From assembly GCA_028101095.1 (NCBI GenBank), contig JAOHKG010000002.1, positions 7,916-71,915 of the forward strand: 64,000 bases of DNA. The letters are read 5' to 3'. The position numbers were made by a program, and so were the translations under genes. The DNA comes from Fidelibacterota bacterium. Its GTDB lineage: Bacteria > Fidelibacterota > Marinisomatia > Marinisomatales > UBA1611. Under the pieces are notes generated by a model. It ran no database searches. It was not told where the DNA came from and was given only the letters and a program-made list of their open reading frames with translations. This document shows positions 1 to 8,706 of this stretch, piece by piece; within the stretch, counting starts at the first letter, position 1, and the number at the start of each line of letters is the position of its first letter.

Positions 1-172
1 CCCAAGTTGATCGAATTATAACTAAGTCAAAATTATTCCAATCGACGTTTGAATCATCCCAAGCGACAAACTCGCACTCCCAGCCATTTTGATTCATTGG
101 TGAAATTAATTGATCATCGTAACACTCAAAGTCCGATAAATCTTTAATTGTAAGAAAAGCACATTTAGGCAT
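1..172 (-). CDS. ATP-grasp family ligase-like protein, N-terminal fragment running off the window edge
   Basis: Not in the ORF track because it is open at the edge. Reverse-strand ATG at 172-170 gives MPKCAFLTIKDLSDFECYDDQLISPMNQNGWECEFVAWDDSNVDWNNFDLVIIRSTW, which resembles the pre-ATP-grasp N-terminus of RimK/glutathione-synthetase-like proteins. By-eye recognition only. Confidence 0.35.
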   Translation of the reverse strand, partial: MPKCAFLTIKDLSDFECYDDQLISPMNQNGWECEFVAWDDSNVDWNNFDLVIIRSTW

Positions 173-333
173 AGATTGTAAAATCCTTTAAATTTTTAAA
201 ATAATTTATGTATCATATTATAACAACTTAAATAATTCTATTGTAAAAATTTGTTACACTTTTCTATTTTTTTTATTAATATTACAATAACGAGGTAGGA
301 AATTACCAGTTCAATGCTGGTAAAACTGATTAT

Positions 334-708
334 ATGTCAAAGAGTATACAGAAATCAATTCTCTTAATTGAGAGTGACGAATCTGTTTTAAGCAGTTTGC
401 AAGAAAAACTGAAGATAGCAGGTTATTTAGTCATAAGTGCAAAAGATGGATTCGAAGGGTATGAGCGAGTAAAAAGTGAAAACCCAAGTATAATAATATC
501 TGAACTTGCACTTCCCGTCATGAGTGGAGCAAAAGTAGCTAGACTATTAAAATATGATGAAAGATATAAAGAAATCCCATTTATTTTACTAGGGTCAGAT
601 AATGCTTTGTCAAAAATTAATAAAGAAGAGTACAATATTGAAAAAGTCTTACCAAAACCTTTTCGTTTGGGTGATTTAAAAGATGCGATTGAGACCCTTC
701 TAGGATGA
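334..708 (+). CDS. Stand-alone response-regulator receiver domain protein (CheY-like), with Glu at the phospho-acceptor position
   Basis: 124 aa. Receiver landmarks LLIESDES, IIISELALPVMSG and LPKPF. Confidence 0.85.
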   Translation: MSKSIQKSILLIESDESVLSSLQEKLKIAGYLVISAKDGFEGYERVKSENPSIIISELALPVMSGAKVARLLKYDERYKEIPFILLGSDNALSKINKEEYNIEKVLPKPFRLGDLKDAIETLLG

Positions 709-1499
709 TAGACCCAGTTATTCTTTTTACTTTGTTTGTTTTTGGGATTTCAATTGGAAGTTTCTTAAATGTGGTAATATTTCGACTGCCGAAAAACATG
801 AGTTTGTTTTTTCCTGGTTCTCATTGCTTTTCATGTAAGACACCGGTTCGATTTCGTGATAATATACCTGTTTTGGGTTATTTTATTCTAAAGGGGAAAT
901 GTCGTAGTTGTGAATCAACATTTTCATCTCGTTATGCTCTAGTTGAGTTATTCTCGGGATTAATCACATGCGTCCTTTTTGCCTTATATGGATTCAGCCA
1001 ATATTTTTTCATCTACTCATTTCTTACTTATGCTTTAATTGCGATAACATTTATTGATCTAGATCATTTTATTATTCCAAATGGATTTATAATCCTAGGT
1101 CTTATTAGTATAATGATAATTTACTATTTTGATTTTACACCAATTCACTGGGAGGACGGTGCAACTGGGGCTTTAATTTTTGGAGGTTTTCTTTTTTTCC
1201 TTGGAGTCTTTGGCGAATTTATCCTAAGAAAAGAAAGTATTGGTTTTGGAGATGTGAAACTTGGACTTGTGTTAGGAGGATTGATTGGGATTAAGTATTC
1301 TATTTTGGCACTTTACCTCAGTTTTTTTTCAGCGGGTATTGCAATAATTATTTTAATGGCTTTTAAAAAATTAAACACAGTATCAGGGCAGATACCTTTT
1401 GGTCCATACATTTCAGCAGGAACTCTTTTAACAATATTAACAAGTACTCCAAATGGTGATAATATAATTATTGATTGGTACTTAAGGACGATGTTTTAA
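705..1499 (+). CDS. pilD: Prepilin peptidase / N-methyltransferase (peptidase A24)
   Basis: CFSC...CRSC cysteine pairs, GFGDVKL and IPFGPY aspartyl-protease motifs, multiple TM segments. ATGA overlap with the upstream gene. Confidence 0.9.
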   Translation: MIDPVILFTLFVFGISIGSFLNVVIFRLPKNMSLFFPGSHCFSCKTPVRFRDNIPVLGYFILKGKCRSCESTFSSRYALVELFSGLITCVLFALYGFSQYFFIYSFLTYALIAITFIDLDHFIIPNGFIILGLISIMIIYYFDFTPIHWEDGATGALIFGGFLFFLGVFGEFILRKESIGFGDVKLGLVLGGLIGIKYSILALYLSFFSAGIAIIILMAFKKLNTVSGQIPFGPYISAGTLLTILTSTPNGDNIIIDWYLRTMF

Positions 1500-1500
1500 T

Positions 1501-3165
1501 ATGCCAGCACTAAATAAGTCCTCCATAGGGCAAATGATTATTACGAGTGGGAAAATTGATCAGTCTCAACTAAGAACTGCTCTAGATTATCAAGAAGATA
1601 ATAATGGCTATATCGGTCAAGCTCTTATTGAATGTGGTTTTTTGACATATGAAGAATTTTTACCTTATTTAGGGAAGCAATTAAAAGTCCCGTACTTACA
1701 GCTTGGTTATTATGAGATTGATCAAACTTTAGTTGATATTGTACCGGAAAAGAGTGTTCGAACATACAAAGTTTTTCCTCTTTTTAAGGTTAAAGAAGTT
1801 GTAAATCTTGCGGTTGTAGATCCGCTAGATCCAGAGCCAATAAATTTTGTAAGAGAGTTAACTGGAATGGCTGTTGAGCCAATCCTGTGTAGTGAAGAAG
1901 ATATTGTAAATGCAATTGATCTACATTACGGTATCTCAAGCTTTTTAGAAGCGGACTCAAACTTAGATGATGCTAAAGATATTACGGATTTGTATGATGA
2001 AAGTCAGATTGTTGAATTAGTAGATGGTATTATTACTCAGAGTCAACGCTACAGGTGTTCTGATATTCATATTGAACCAAGAGAAGAAGATATTCGAATT
2101 CGTTTTAGAATTGATGGAAAGTTGCAAGATTTTCAAGTATTTCCAAAATCAATACAAGATGCTCTTATCTCAAGGTTGAAAATTATGTCGAGTATGGATA
2201 TTGCAGAAACCAGACGTCCCCAAGATGGAAGAATACTTTTTCGATCAAAGGTTGGAAGAATCGATCTTCGGTTATCAACATATCCAACGTTGTTTGGTGA
2301 AAAAACAGTTTTACGTTTATTAAACTTACAAGAAGCTCTTTATTCGTTGTCAGATCTAGGTTTTAGAAAAGAAACAGAAGTTCATTTTAATTCAATGCTC
2401 CATGGTGGAGAGGGAATTGTTCTTGTTTCAGGTCCAACGGGAAGTGGTAAAACTACCACGCTTTATTCTACATTAAATAAGCTTGAAAAGCCTGAAGTGA
2501 ACATTGTGACAGTTGAGGATCCAATTGAGTTTGATCTTGCAAATATTAATCAGGCACAAGTAAATGCAAAATCAGGTGTGACTTTTGCAGCTGCACTTCG
2601 ATCAATATTGAGGCAAGATCCAGATGTTATCATGGTTGGAGAGGTTCGAGATGAGGAAACGGTGGACTTAGCTATAAGAGCTGCACTTACAGGTCATTTA
2701 GTCTTTAGTACTATTCATACAAATGATGCCGCTTCAGGATTTGCCCGTTTACTTAACTGGGGAATTGAACCCTTTTTAATTTCATCAACCGTTAAAGGAA
2801 TTTTAGCTCAAAGACTAGTTCGGAAAATTTGTGAAAATTGTAAAATTGAACATGAGATAACTGAAAGAGAAGTTAACTTGTTGAAAATCGATAAGAAAAA
2901 ATACAGAACTACCTATACAGGCAAGGGTTGCCTGTCTTGTCGGAATTCTGGTTACAGAGGAAGACTAGGTATCTATGAATTGTTAATGGTTAATGAAGAA
3001 ATTTCCGAGTTAGTATTAGATGCACAACCGGCGTACAAGATTAAAGAAAAAGCACGTGAGCATGGAATGATGACTCTTCTTGAAGATGGGCTTGCAAAAG
3101 TAAGAGAAGGCACCACTAGTTTGAATGAACTTATTGAAACATTAGGTGCTACAAGGGCAATCTAG
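1501..3165 (+). CDS. pilB: Type IV pilus / T2SS assembly ATPase (PilB/MshE/GspE family)
   Basis: Walker A GPTGSGKTTT, IMVGEVRD Walker B region, CENC...CLSC tetracysteine motif, and an N-terminal tandem MshEN-like 24-aa motif. Confidence 0.92.
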   Translation: MPALNKSSIGQMIITSGKIDQSQLRTALDYQEDNNGYIGQALIECGFLTYEEFLPYLGKQLKVPYLQLGYYEIDQTLVDIVPEKSVRTYKVFPLFKVKEVVNLAVVDPLDPEPINFVRELTGMAVEPILCSEEDIVNAIDLHYGISSFLEADSNLDDAKDITDLYDESQIVELVDGIITQSQRYRCSDIHIEPREEDIRIRFRIDGKLQDFQVFPKSIQDALISRLKIMSSMDIAETRRPQDGRILFRSKVGRIDLRLSTYPTLFGEKTVLRLLNLQEALYSLSDLGFRKETEVHFNSMLHGGEGIVLVSGPTGSGKTTTLYSTLNKLEKPEVNIVTVEDPIEFDLANINQAQVNAKSGVTFAAALRSILRQDPDVIMVGEVRDEETVDLAIRAALTGHLVFSTIHTNDAASGFARLLNWGIEPFLISSTVKGILAQRLVRKICENCKIEHEITEREVNLLKIDKKKYRTTYTGKGCLSCRNSGYRGRLGIYELLMVNEEISELVLDAQPAYKIKEKAREHGMMTLLEDGLAKVREGTTSLNELIETLGATRAI

Positions 3166-4603
3166 GATGATAAGTGTTTTATTCGTTGGTGGAAAAGAAA
3201 AAATTATTCCACAATTCAAAAACCTACCGGTAAAAGTAGACTACGTGCAAAATGGGATGATTGCATTGAATGCTTTGCAGACGTCTTCTTATGAAAGTGT
3301 AATTATTGCGAATAAGCTTCCAATGCTTACTCCATCTAGGTTGGTAAAAGAGGTTCGCAAAATAAACCTATATATTCCAATCTTTTGTTTTATTTCAGAT
3401 GATAAAAGACGATCAGAAATACTTAAAGATTTTGAAAATGGCATGACCTTTTATTTTGAGCCAGAAGCTCAAACAGCTGATGATTTACTGGAATTAGTGC
3501 TTTTAGGAAAACAGTTTATTGATTTTATTTATGATATACCTGAAATAGATAGGCGGTTTTTTGGTCCACAAGGAACAGGGAAAATTGTTGGAATTACTGA
3601 GCCAATGCTTGATCTGTACAGACTCCTTTTTCAAATAAGAAAAAAAACAGTTACTACCATATTATATGGAGAAAGTGGAACTGGAAAAAACTTAGTTGCT
3701 GAATCGCTACACCAAAATAGTTTGCGAAGAGAAAATCCTTTTGTTTCTGTGAATTGTCCAGCGATACCAAAAGAATTATTAGAGAGTGAATTATTTGGGC
3801 ATGTAAAGGGTTCATTCACTGGAGCAGATCAAGATAAAATAGGAAAATTTCAGGCCGCAAATAGTGGTACCATATTTTTAGATGAAATTGGTGATATGGA
3901 TCAAGGACTGCAGGCAAAAGTTCTCCGTGTTCTTGAGTCTAGTGAAATTGAAAAAGTTGGATCAAATGAAACGATAAAAGTGGATGTGAGAATCGTCTCA
4001 GCCACAAATCAAAATATAGAAGAAATGATTGAACAAAATCAATTTAGGCAAGATCTTTATCATAGAATTAATGTTTTTCCAATGACAATCCCTTCTTTAA
4101 TGGACCACCCAGGTGATATCCCTCTTATTGCATATAGGATTATTGATGGTTTGAAAAAAAAGCATGAATCGGAAGTGAATTATATTTCACCTGGTGCATT
4201 AAAATTAATGAAAAACTATCATTGGCCCGGTAATGTTAGGGAATTAGAAAACATACTTGAGCGAGCGGTTCTTCTCACAGATGAAAATGTAATCACCAGT
4301 GGAAATATTTTACCTCTTCTTACAAAGAAGAAAGAAGAAATAATTCAAGAAAAAGAATCGGAATTGAAATTAGATGCGCAAACAGATAATGAATTTGAAA
4401 AAGAGACCTTGCTCAAAACAAAAATAGATAAAAGGTCAGGTTCAACACCACCTAAGACATTAAAAGAGATTGAAAAAAATGCCATTGTAGATGCTTTAAG
4501 TTTCACTGAATGGAATATGAGCAAAGCTGCAAAAGTATTAGGGGTTAGTCGGATGACGCTTTACCGTAAAATTGACTCATATGGAATTCAAGAAAATGAG
4601 TAA
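3146..4603 (+). CDS. Sigma-54-dependent transcriptional activator (NtrC/PilR type) with a degenerate receiver domain
   Basis: GESGTGK Walker A, ESELFGH, GSFTGA (GAFTGA loop), VRELEN, C-terminal Fis-type HTH MSKAAKVLGVSRMTLYRKI. In-frame ATG at 3167, just after the pilB stop, is the more likely start. Confidence 0.88.
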   Translation: MLQGQSRMISVLFVGGKEKIIPQFKNLPVKVDYVQNGMIALNALQTSSYESVIIANKLPMLTPSRLVKEVRKINLYIPIFCFISDDKRRSEILKDFENGMTFYFEPEAQTADDLLELVLLGKQFIDFIYDIPEIDRRFFGPQGTGKIVGITEPMLDLYRLLFQIRKKTVTTILYGESGTGKNLVAESLHQNSLRRENPFVSVNCPAIPKELLESELFGHVKGSFTGADQDKIGKFQAANSGTIFLDEIGDMDQGLQAKVLRVLESSEIEKVGSNETIKVDVRIVSATNQNIEEMIEQNQFRQDLYHRINVFPMTIPSLMDHPGDIPLIAYRIIDGLKKKHESEVNYISPGALKLMKNYHWPGNVRELENILERAVLLTDENVITSGNILPLLTKKKEEIIQEKESELKLDAQTDNEFEKETLLKTKIDKRSGSTPPKTLKEIEKNAIVDALSFTEWNMSKAAKVLGVSRMTLYRKIDSYGIQENE

Positions 4604-5831
4604 AAAACTTCCACAGTTTTCTTACGTTGCCTTTAATAATGATACGGATACAGTAGTTAGGGATAAAGTAAAAGCCTCCAATGAAAAGGCTGCATTTTTA
4701 CAAATACAGCAATTGGGTCTTGAGCCTTTAAATGTAAAAAAAGAAACCACTTCAATACTCGATATAGAAGTTACTTTTTTTGAAAAAATAACTCCGACTC
4801 AAATTTATAATTTCACAAGACAGCTCTCTGTGATGCTTAAAGCAGGAGTTCCGCTAGTCGAGGCAATGGATTCTTTGCATAGTGAATCGGCAGGACCACT
4901 TGTCAACAGAATCATCGACACGATTGTCGAAGATATCTCGGGTGGGTCCGCGCTATCAAAAGCTTTAGAAAAGCACCCTAAAATGTTTGATAGTATGTAT
5001 GTAAATATTGTTCGAGCTGGAGAAAGTGCAGGTGTATTGGATAAAGTCTTATTTCAGTTAGCTGACTTTATTGCAAGTGATTTGAAATTAAGAATGGGGA
5101 TCAAACAAGCAATTAGATATCCATCAATCGTTGTCACTATCACAATTCTAGTAGGGATATTTGCGGTAACATATATCTTACCGAGGTTTTCAACCCTTTT
5201 TGCGAACTCTAATATTGCTTTGCCATTACCGACAAGAATATTGCTCGGGGTAGATACTTTTATCCAAGAATACTGGTATCTATTGATTTTTATTTTTGCT
5301 GCATTATTTGCATCAGTCACAGCTTTTATTCGTAGTAAAAAAGGAAGTTATATTTGGCATAAAACAAAAATTGGTCTTGGTATTATTGGTCCAATTTCGC
5401 TTAAAATGTCTATCTCTAGATTCATACACGTTTTGGAGACGTTAGACAGGACTGGGGTACCTATTTTGGATGCGCTTAAAATCGCGGGTAGAACAACTGG
5501 CAACAATTATATAGAACACAACCTTAATAAAGTTCACCAAGACGTCCGTATGGGGAAAAAATTAGCTTTTTCTTTAACAAAATTCACAACAGGGATATTC
5601 CCGAGTCAAACACTTAAGATGATACAAGTTGGTGAAAGCGCGGGAGCTTTGGGTGATATGCTAAGTGAAATTGGTGAGATGATGGATGCTGAGGTAAAAG
5701 ACCATGTTTTAAAGTTAACGGCAACACTAGAGCCATTGATAAGTGTTTTTATGGGTTTTATGATTTTAACATTAGCATTGTCAATTTTTTTACCAATATG
5801 GGATATGTACGAAGCGATGTCTGCATCCTAG
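4596..5831 (+). CDS. pilC: Type IV pilus platform protein (PilC/GspF family)
   Basis: Two GspF-type repeats with three TM segments. ATG 4596 overlaps the activator stop (ATGAGTAA); the track ORF begins at TTG 4572. Confidence 0.9.
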   Translation: MSKKLPQFSYVAFNNDTDTVVRDKVKASNEKAAFLQIQQLGLEPLNVKKETTSILDIEVTFFEKITPTQIYNFTRQLSVMLKAGVPLVEAMDSLHSESAGPLVNRIIDTIVEDISGGSALSKALEKHPKMFDSMYVNIVRAGESAGVLDKVLFQLADFIASDLKLRMGIKQAIRYPSIVVTITILVGIFAVTYILPRFSTLFANSNIALPLPTRILLGVDTFIQEYWYLLIFIFAALFASVTAFIRSKKGSYIWHKTKIGLGIIGPISLKMSISRFIHVLETLDRTGVPILDALKIAGRTTGNNYIEHNLNKVHQDVRMGKKLAFSLTKFTTGIFPSQTLKMIQVGESAGALGDMLSEIGEMMDAEVKDHVLKLTATLEPLISVFMGFMILTLALSIFLPIWDMYEAMSAS

Positions 5832-5836
5832 AAAGC

Positions 5837-5884
5837 TGTTACACTCTTTGTCCCTAAATGTTACAATTGTTATATAATGTTACA
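5837..5884 (+). promoter_or_regulatory. Three TGTTACA repeats, candidate upstream activating sites for the sigma-54 activator
   Basis: TGTTACA at 5837-5843, 5859-5865 and 5878-5884 (spacings 22 and 19 nt), about 80-125 nt upstream of the sigma-54-like promoter. Confidence 0.35.
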
Positions 5885-5962
5885 TCCTTCCTTAATTATA
5901 AATCGCAGTTTTAACATGTTTTAAGTTGTCTTTTTAAAATTTTTAGTAAAAAAGATATAGTT

Positions 5963-5978
5963 TGGCACAGAAGTTGTA
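5963..5978 (+). promoter_or_regulatory. Sigma-54 (-24/-12)-like promoter upstream of the pilin genes
   Basis: TGGCAC-agaag-TTGT compared with the consensus TGGCAC-N5-TTGC. It lies about 40 nt upstream of the ATG at 6015, and a sigma-54 activator is encoded just upstream. Confidence 0.5.
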
Positions 5979-6014
5979 TAATAGAGGTGTATTACAAAAT
6001 AACTAGGAAATAAG

Positions 6015-6644
6015 ATGAAATTATTTAAAAAACTAAAAAGCAGGAAAGGCCAGTCGCTTGCAGAATTTGCTGTAACAACAGCAATGATGGCAACACTAGC
6101 AACCACTGCTGCACCGAAGTTTTCTGGCGTTGGAGAAGGCGCGAAGGAAAAGAAGACGTATTCGAGTATTGATAAAATTATCAAGTCTGCAAACAATTTT
6201 TATAATGAGAAAGTGACAACAGAAGGACGTGGTCGTTTTCCAGGACAGCTCAAGTATGACTCCGCTGTTCCTGATGGTGGCGGATACAATGATCAGGCAT
6301 TATGCCTTACAAGTCTAGATCTGTTTGAAACGTATGAAAGTTCAGAAGCTTCTAAGTGGGCTTCCATATTTGGTACACAGAATGATGCAGCTCAGACCCC
6401 ATCAGGTAGTAGTGTTAATACTTCTGAAGATCCAGATAGTGATGGATCGTTTACTGAGACCGTAGGAGCAGAAGAGTTTTTAAATGAGTTTGGTGGCAAC
6501 GCAATTAAGAGTCCCTTTCAGGATGGTCACTACATTTATACAGTAATAGCTGGAGGTGGAGCAGGTCAGTCATCGTACTCACCCGTTTTATTTGTGGCTG
6601 ATTTAGAAAGTCCAAAGAACTTTAACAAAAAACTACAACCGTAG
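6015..6644 (+). CDS. Pilin-like protein with an atypical class III signal (G|QSLAEF)
   Basis: 209 aa. N-terminus is KSRKG|QSLAEFAVTTAMMATLATTAAP, with Glu at +5 and a hydrophobic helix. Confidence 0.6.
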   Translation: MKLFKKLKSRKGQSLAEFAVTTAMMATLATTAAPKFSGVGEGAKEKKTYSSIDKIIKSANNFYNEKVTTEGRGRFPGQLKYDSAVPDGGGYNDQALCLTSLDLFETYESSEASKWASIFGTQNDAAQTPSGSSVNTSEDPDSDGSFTETVGAEEFLNEFGGNAIKSPFQDGHYIYTVIAGGGAGQSSYSPVLFVADLESPKNFNKKLQP

Positions 6645-6656
6645 ACAACTAGGAGA

Positions 6657-7100
6657 ATGAAAATGAGAAACAATAATAAAGGTTTTACATTAATAGAATT
6701 GATCATGGTAACGATCATATTAGGAATTTTAGCAGCAGTAGCAGTTCCAAGATACATGGGAACAGTAAATAGAGCAGAAGCAGCAGCAGAAGACGCAGTT
6801 CTATCCGCTTTAGAAGCAAATGCAGAAGCATACGCAATGGAGAAGTTCATGGATACAGGTCGTAAGTCTTATCCTACAAACCCATTTGATGGTGCAAGTG
6901 TAGATGGATATACAACTGGTGCAACATCAGTAGCAAATTCTGGTGATTGGGCTTTTGATGGTACAGTTATTCTTCATAAACGTAATGATGATTCTGTATG
7001 GTCGTGGACTTATACCAGCACGAATGATGCTACAGGTCAAGCGGATGATAGAGGTTCTTTTGGAGCCCGTAGTACTTCATCTGTAAGTAATGTTGATTAA
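6657..7100 (+). CDS. Type IV pilin (probable major pilin)
   Basis: 147 aa. NNKG|FTLIELIMVTIILGILAAVAVP is a canonical prepilin signal. AGGAGA RBS upstream and a strong hairpin downstream. Confidence 0.88.
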   Translation: MKMRNNNKGFTLIELIMVTIILGILAAVAVPRYMGTVNRAEAAAEDAVLSALEANAEAYAMEKFMDTGRKSYPTNPFDGASVDGYTTGATSVANSGDWAFDGTVILHKRNDDSVWSWTYTSTNDATGQADDRGSFGARSTSSVSNVD

Positions 7101-7123
7101 TCATTAAAATATTTAGTTGAAAT

Positions 7124-7167
7124 AGGCTCTAATGCTTTTAACATTAGAGCCTTCATTAAATTTTTTT
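7124..7167 (+). terminator. Hairpin after the pilin gene (probable attenuator/terminator)
   Basis: Perfect 11-bp stem AGGCTCTAATG (7124-7134) / CATTAGAGCCT (7142-7152) with a 7-nt loop. The T7 run at 7161-7167 is not directly adjacent to the stem. Confidence 0.55.
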
Positions 7168-7184
7168 CAAATAGAGTTGAGTAC

Positions 7185-7673
7185 ATGAAATATTTATTAA
7201 AAAAAGGTAACAAAGGTTTTACGATAGCAGAGTTTGTTGTGACTATTGCCTTGATGGGTACGATGATGAGTGTAGTCCTGCCTTCTTTTGATAGTATTAC
7301 ACTAAATATGCAAGCAAGTCAAAATAAAACCAATATGGATATGATACGACAGGTGTTTTTTGGCTACTTTTATGATACACATATGAAGGGTATTGCTCAT
7401 TTACCTCCCTCTCCAACTAATGAAGAAGGATTAATGAGTGAGGAGTGGGCAAATGAAATTATAAATGAAGACATGTCTCTCTCCACTCCAAACGATTTAT
7501 TCTCAGCTGGTGCAGTCCCCAATAATGCAAATGGAAACCCCTTTTCATACGAAACATGGACTGACACTACCTACTTAGGGTCGGATGGTATGAAAGTTGA
7601 CTATTTTGTTCGTATTACTGATATTGATGAAGATAGTCCTTCTTTTGAAGTCTCTTTTACTTCTGCTATCTAA
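7185..7673 (+). CDS. Minor pilin / pseudopilin
   Basis: 162 aa. KKGNKG|FTIAEFVVTIALMG with Glu+5. Confidence 0.75.
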   Translation: MKYLLKKGNKGFTIAEFVVTIALMGTMMSVVLPSFDSITLNMQASQNKTNMDMIRQVFFGYFYDTHMKGIAHLPPSPTNEEGLMSEEWANEIINEDMSLSTPNDLFSAGAVPNNANGNPFSYETWTDTTYLGSDGMKVDYFVRITDIDEDSPSFEVSFTSAI

Positions 7674-7696
7674 TGTAAATATATTAAATTTGGCAA

Positions 7697-8227
7697 ATGG
7701 CCATGAAAATAAAAAATATTCTTAGTAGTATAAAACCCAGCACATTTGCTGGGTTTACTTTTATTGAGTTAGTTATTTTAACTTTAATAATAGGAATCCT
7801 TTCTGCGGTTGCATTAACTAAGTCGAGGGATGATACTAGTAATTTTACAACTAGCATAGCGGTTCAGCAGGTTACAGGAGATATTGATTACTGTAAGTCT
7901 TTATCTTTCTCCAAAAATGATACTATTACAATGGTTTTTGATCTTGAAAATGAATTTTATAAAGTATACACCGGTCATAATAGTACCAGAACACTGATAA
8001 CAGATTTTCCAAATTTTGTAGATAATAAAGTGACCTTTCCCAAGTTTGGGATTAATTCTGTAAATCTATCAAACCTTACATTTTATAGTTCACATTCAAA
8101 TACACAAATAGCGCAAAAAGAATTGCAGTTTCTTCCAGGAGGAATTCCTTTCGTTGGTGGTAATGTGCACGTCAATTCTAAAATAATAACTATAGCAAAC
8201 GAGACAGGAAAGTGGACAGTAAACTAA
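7697..8227 (+). CDS. Minor pilin (GspH/FimT-like)
   Basis: 176 aa. STFAG|FTFIELVILTLIIGILSAVAL. Confidence 0.72.
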   Translation: MAMKIKNILSSIKPSTFAGFTFIELVILTLIIGILSAVALTKSRDDTSNFTTSIAVQQVTGDIDYCKSLSFSKNDTITMVFDLENEFYKVYTGHNSTRTLITDFPNFVDNKVTFPKFGINSVNLSNLTFYSSHSNTQIAQKELQFLPGGIPFVGGNVHVNSKIITIANETGKWTVN

Positions 8228-8706
8228 ATCAAAAAGGATTTACTCTGATTGAAGTTCTCATAATGACAGTTCTCCTAGCTATGGCATTCTTGGTTTTTTT
8301 AGGGTCTCTAAACCTTGGTAGAGATCTACAGAACAAGTCAGAGATAAAAAGTGTGCAAGCAATACTTTTGCACGATTTACAAGAACAAATCAAATCAAGA
8401 AGGTTTGATGAAAATTTAAATACACCTTGGTCAAATAGTTTAGGTCCAGAGGGATCTCAGTCAGGCAGTTCTGAAAATAGTTTATCCGATTTTGATGATG
8501 TTGATGATTTTAAAAATTATCAAATAACGGCATATGCAGATCACCCAGCTTTTGGTGCACAAGTTCATGTTGAGTATGTTAATCGAGCTACAAAGTTCAG
8601 AGTTGTTTCTACAGCTCCCACAGAATATAAGAGAGTGGTTGTGAGCATCTCTCACTCTTCTTTTTCAACTTTAACAGATACCTTGATAATTGGTGCCGGG
8701 CTTTGA
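8212..8706 (+). CDS. Minor pilin (PilV/GspI-like)
   Basis: 164 aa, GTG start. NQKG|FTLIEVLIMTVLLAMAF. Overlaps the upstream gene by 16 nt. Confidence 0.72.
   Translation: MDSKLNQKGFTLIEVLIMTVLLAMAFLVFLGSLNLGRDLQNKSEIKSVQAILLHDLQEQIKSRRFDENLNTPWSNSLGPEGSQSGSSENSLSDFDDVDDFKNYQITAYADHPAFGAQVHVEYVNRATKFRVVSTAPTEYKRVVVSISHSSFSTLTDTLIIGAGL

Noticed and set aside
303-323. Perfect 7-bp hairpin TTACCAG-N7-CTGGTAA, 10 nt upstream of the receiver gene ATG.
   Set aside because: It has no T-tract, so it is not a terminator. It could affect translation initiation, but a single short hairpin in AT-rich DNA is not enough to call a regulatory element.
423-799. Antisense ORFs 423-635 and 617-799 (- strand).
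   Set aside because: They are embedded in the receiver and PilD genes, which have clear family motifs. Their translations are low-complexity with no motifs, typical of shadow ORFs in AT-rich DNA.
5921-6196. 91-aa ORF on the - strand spanning the pilin promoter region.
   Set aside because: It overlaps the sigma-54-like promoter and the 5' end of a pilin gene that has a convincing class III signal. No recognisable features.
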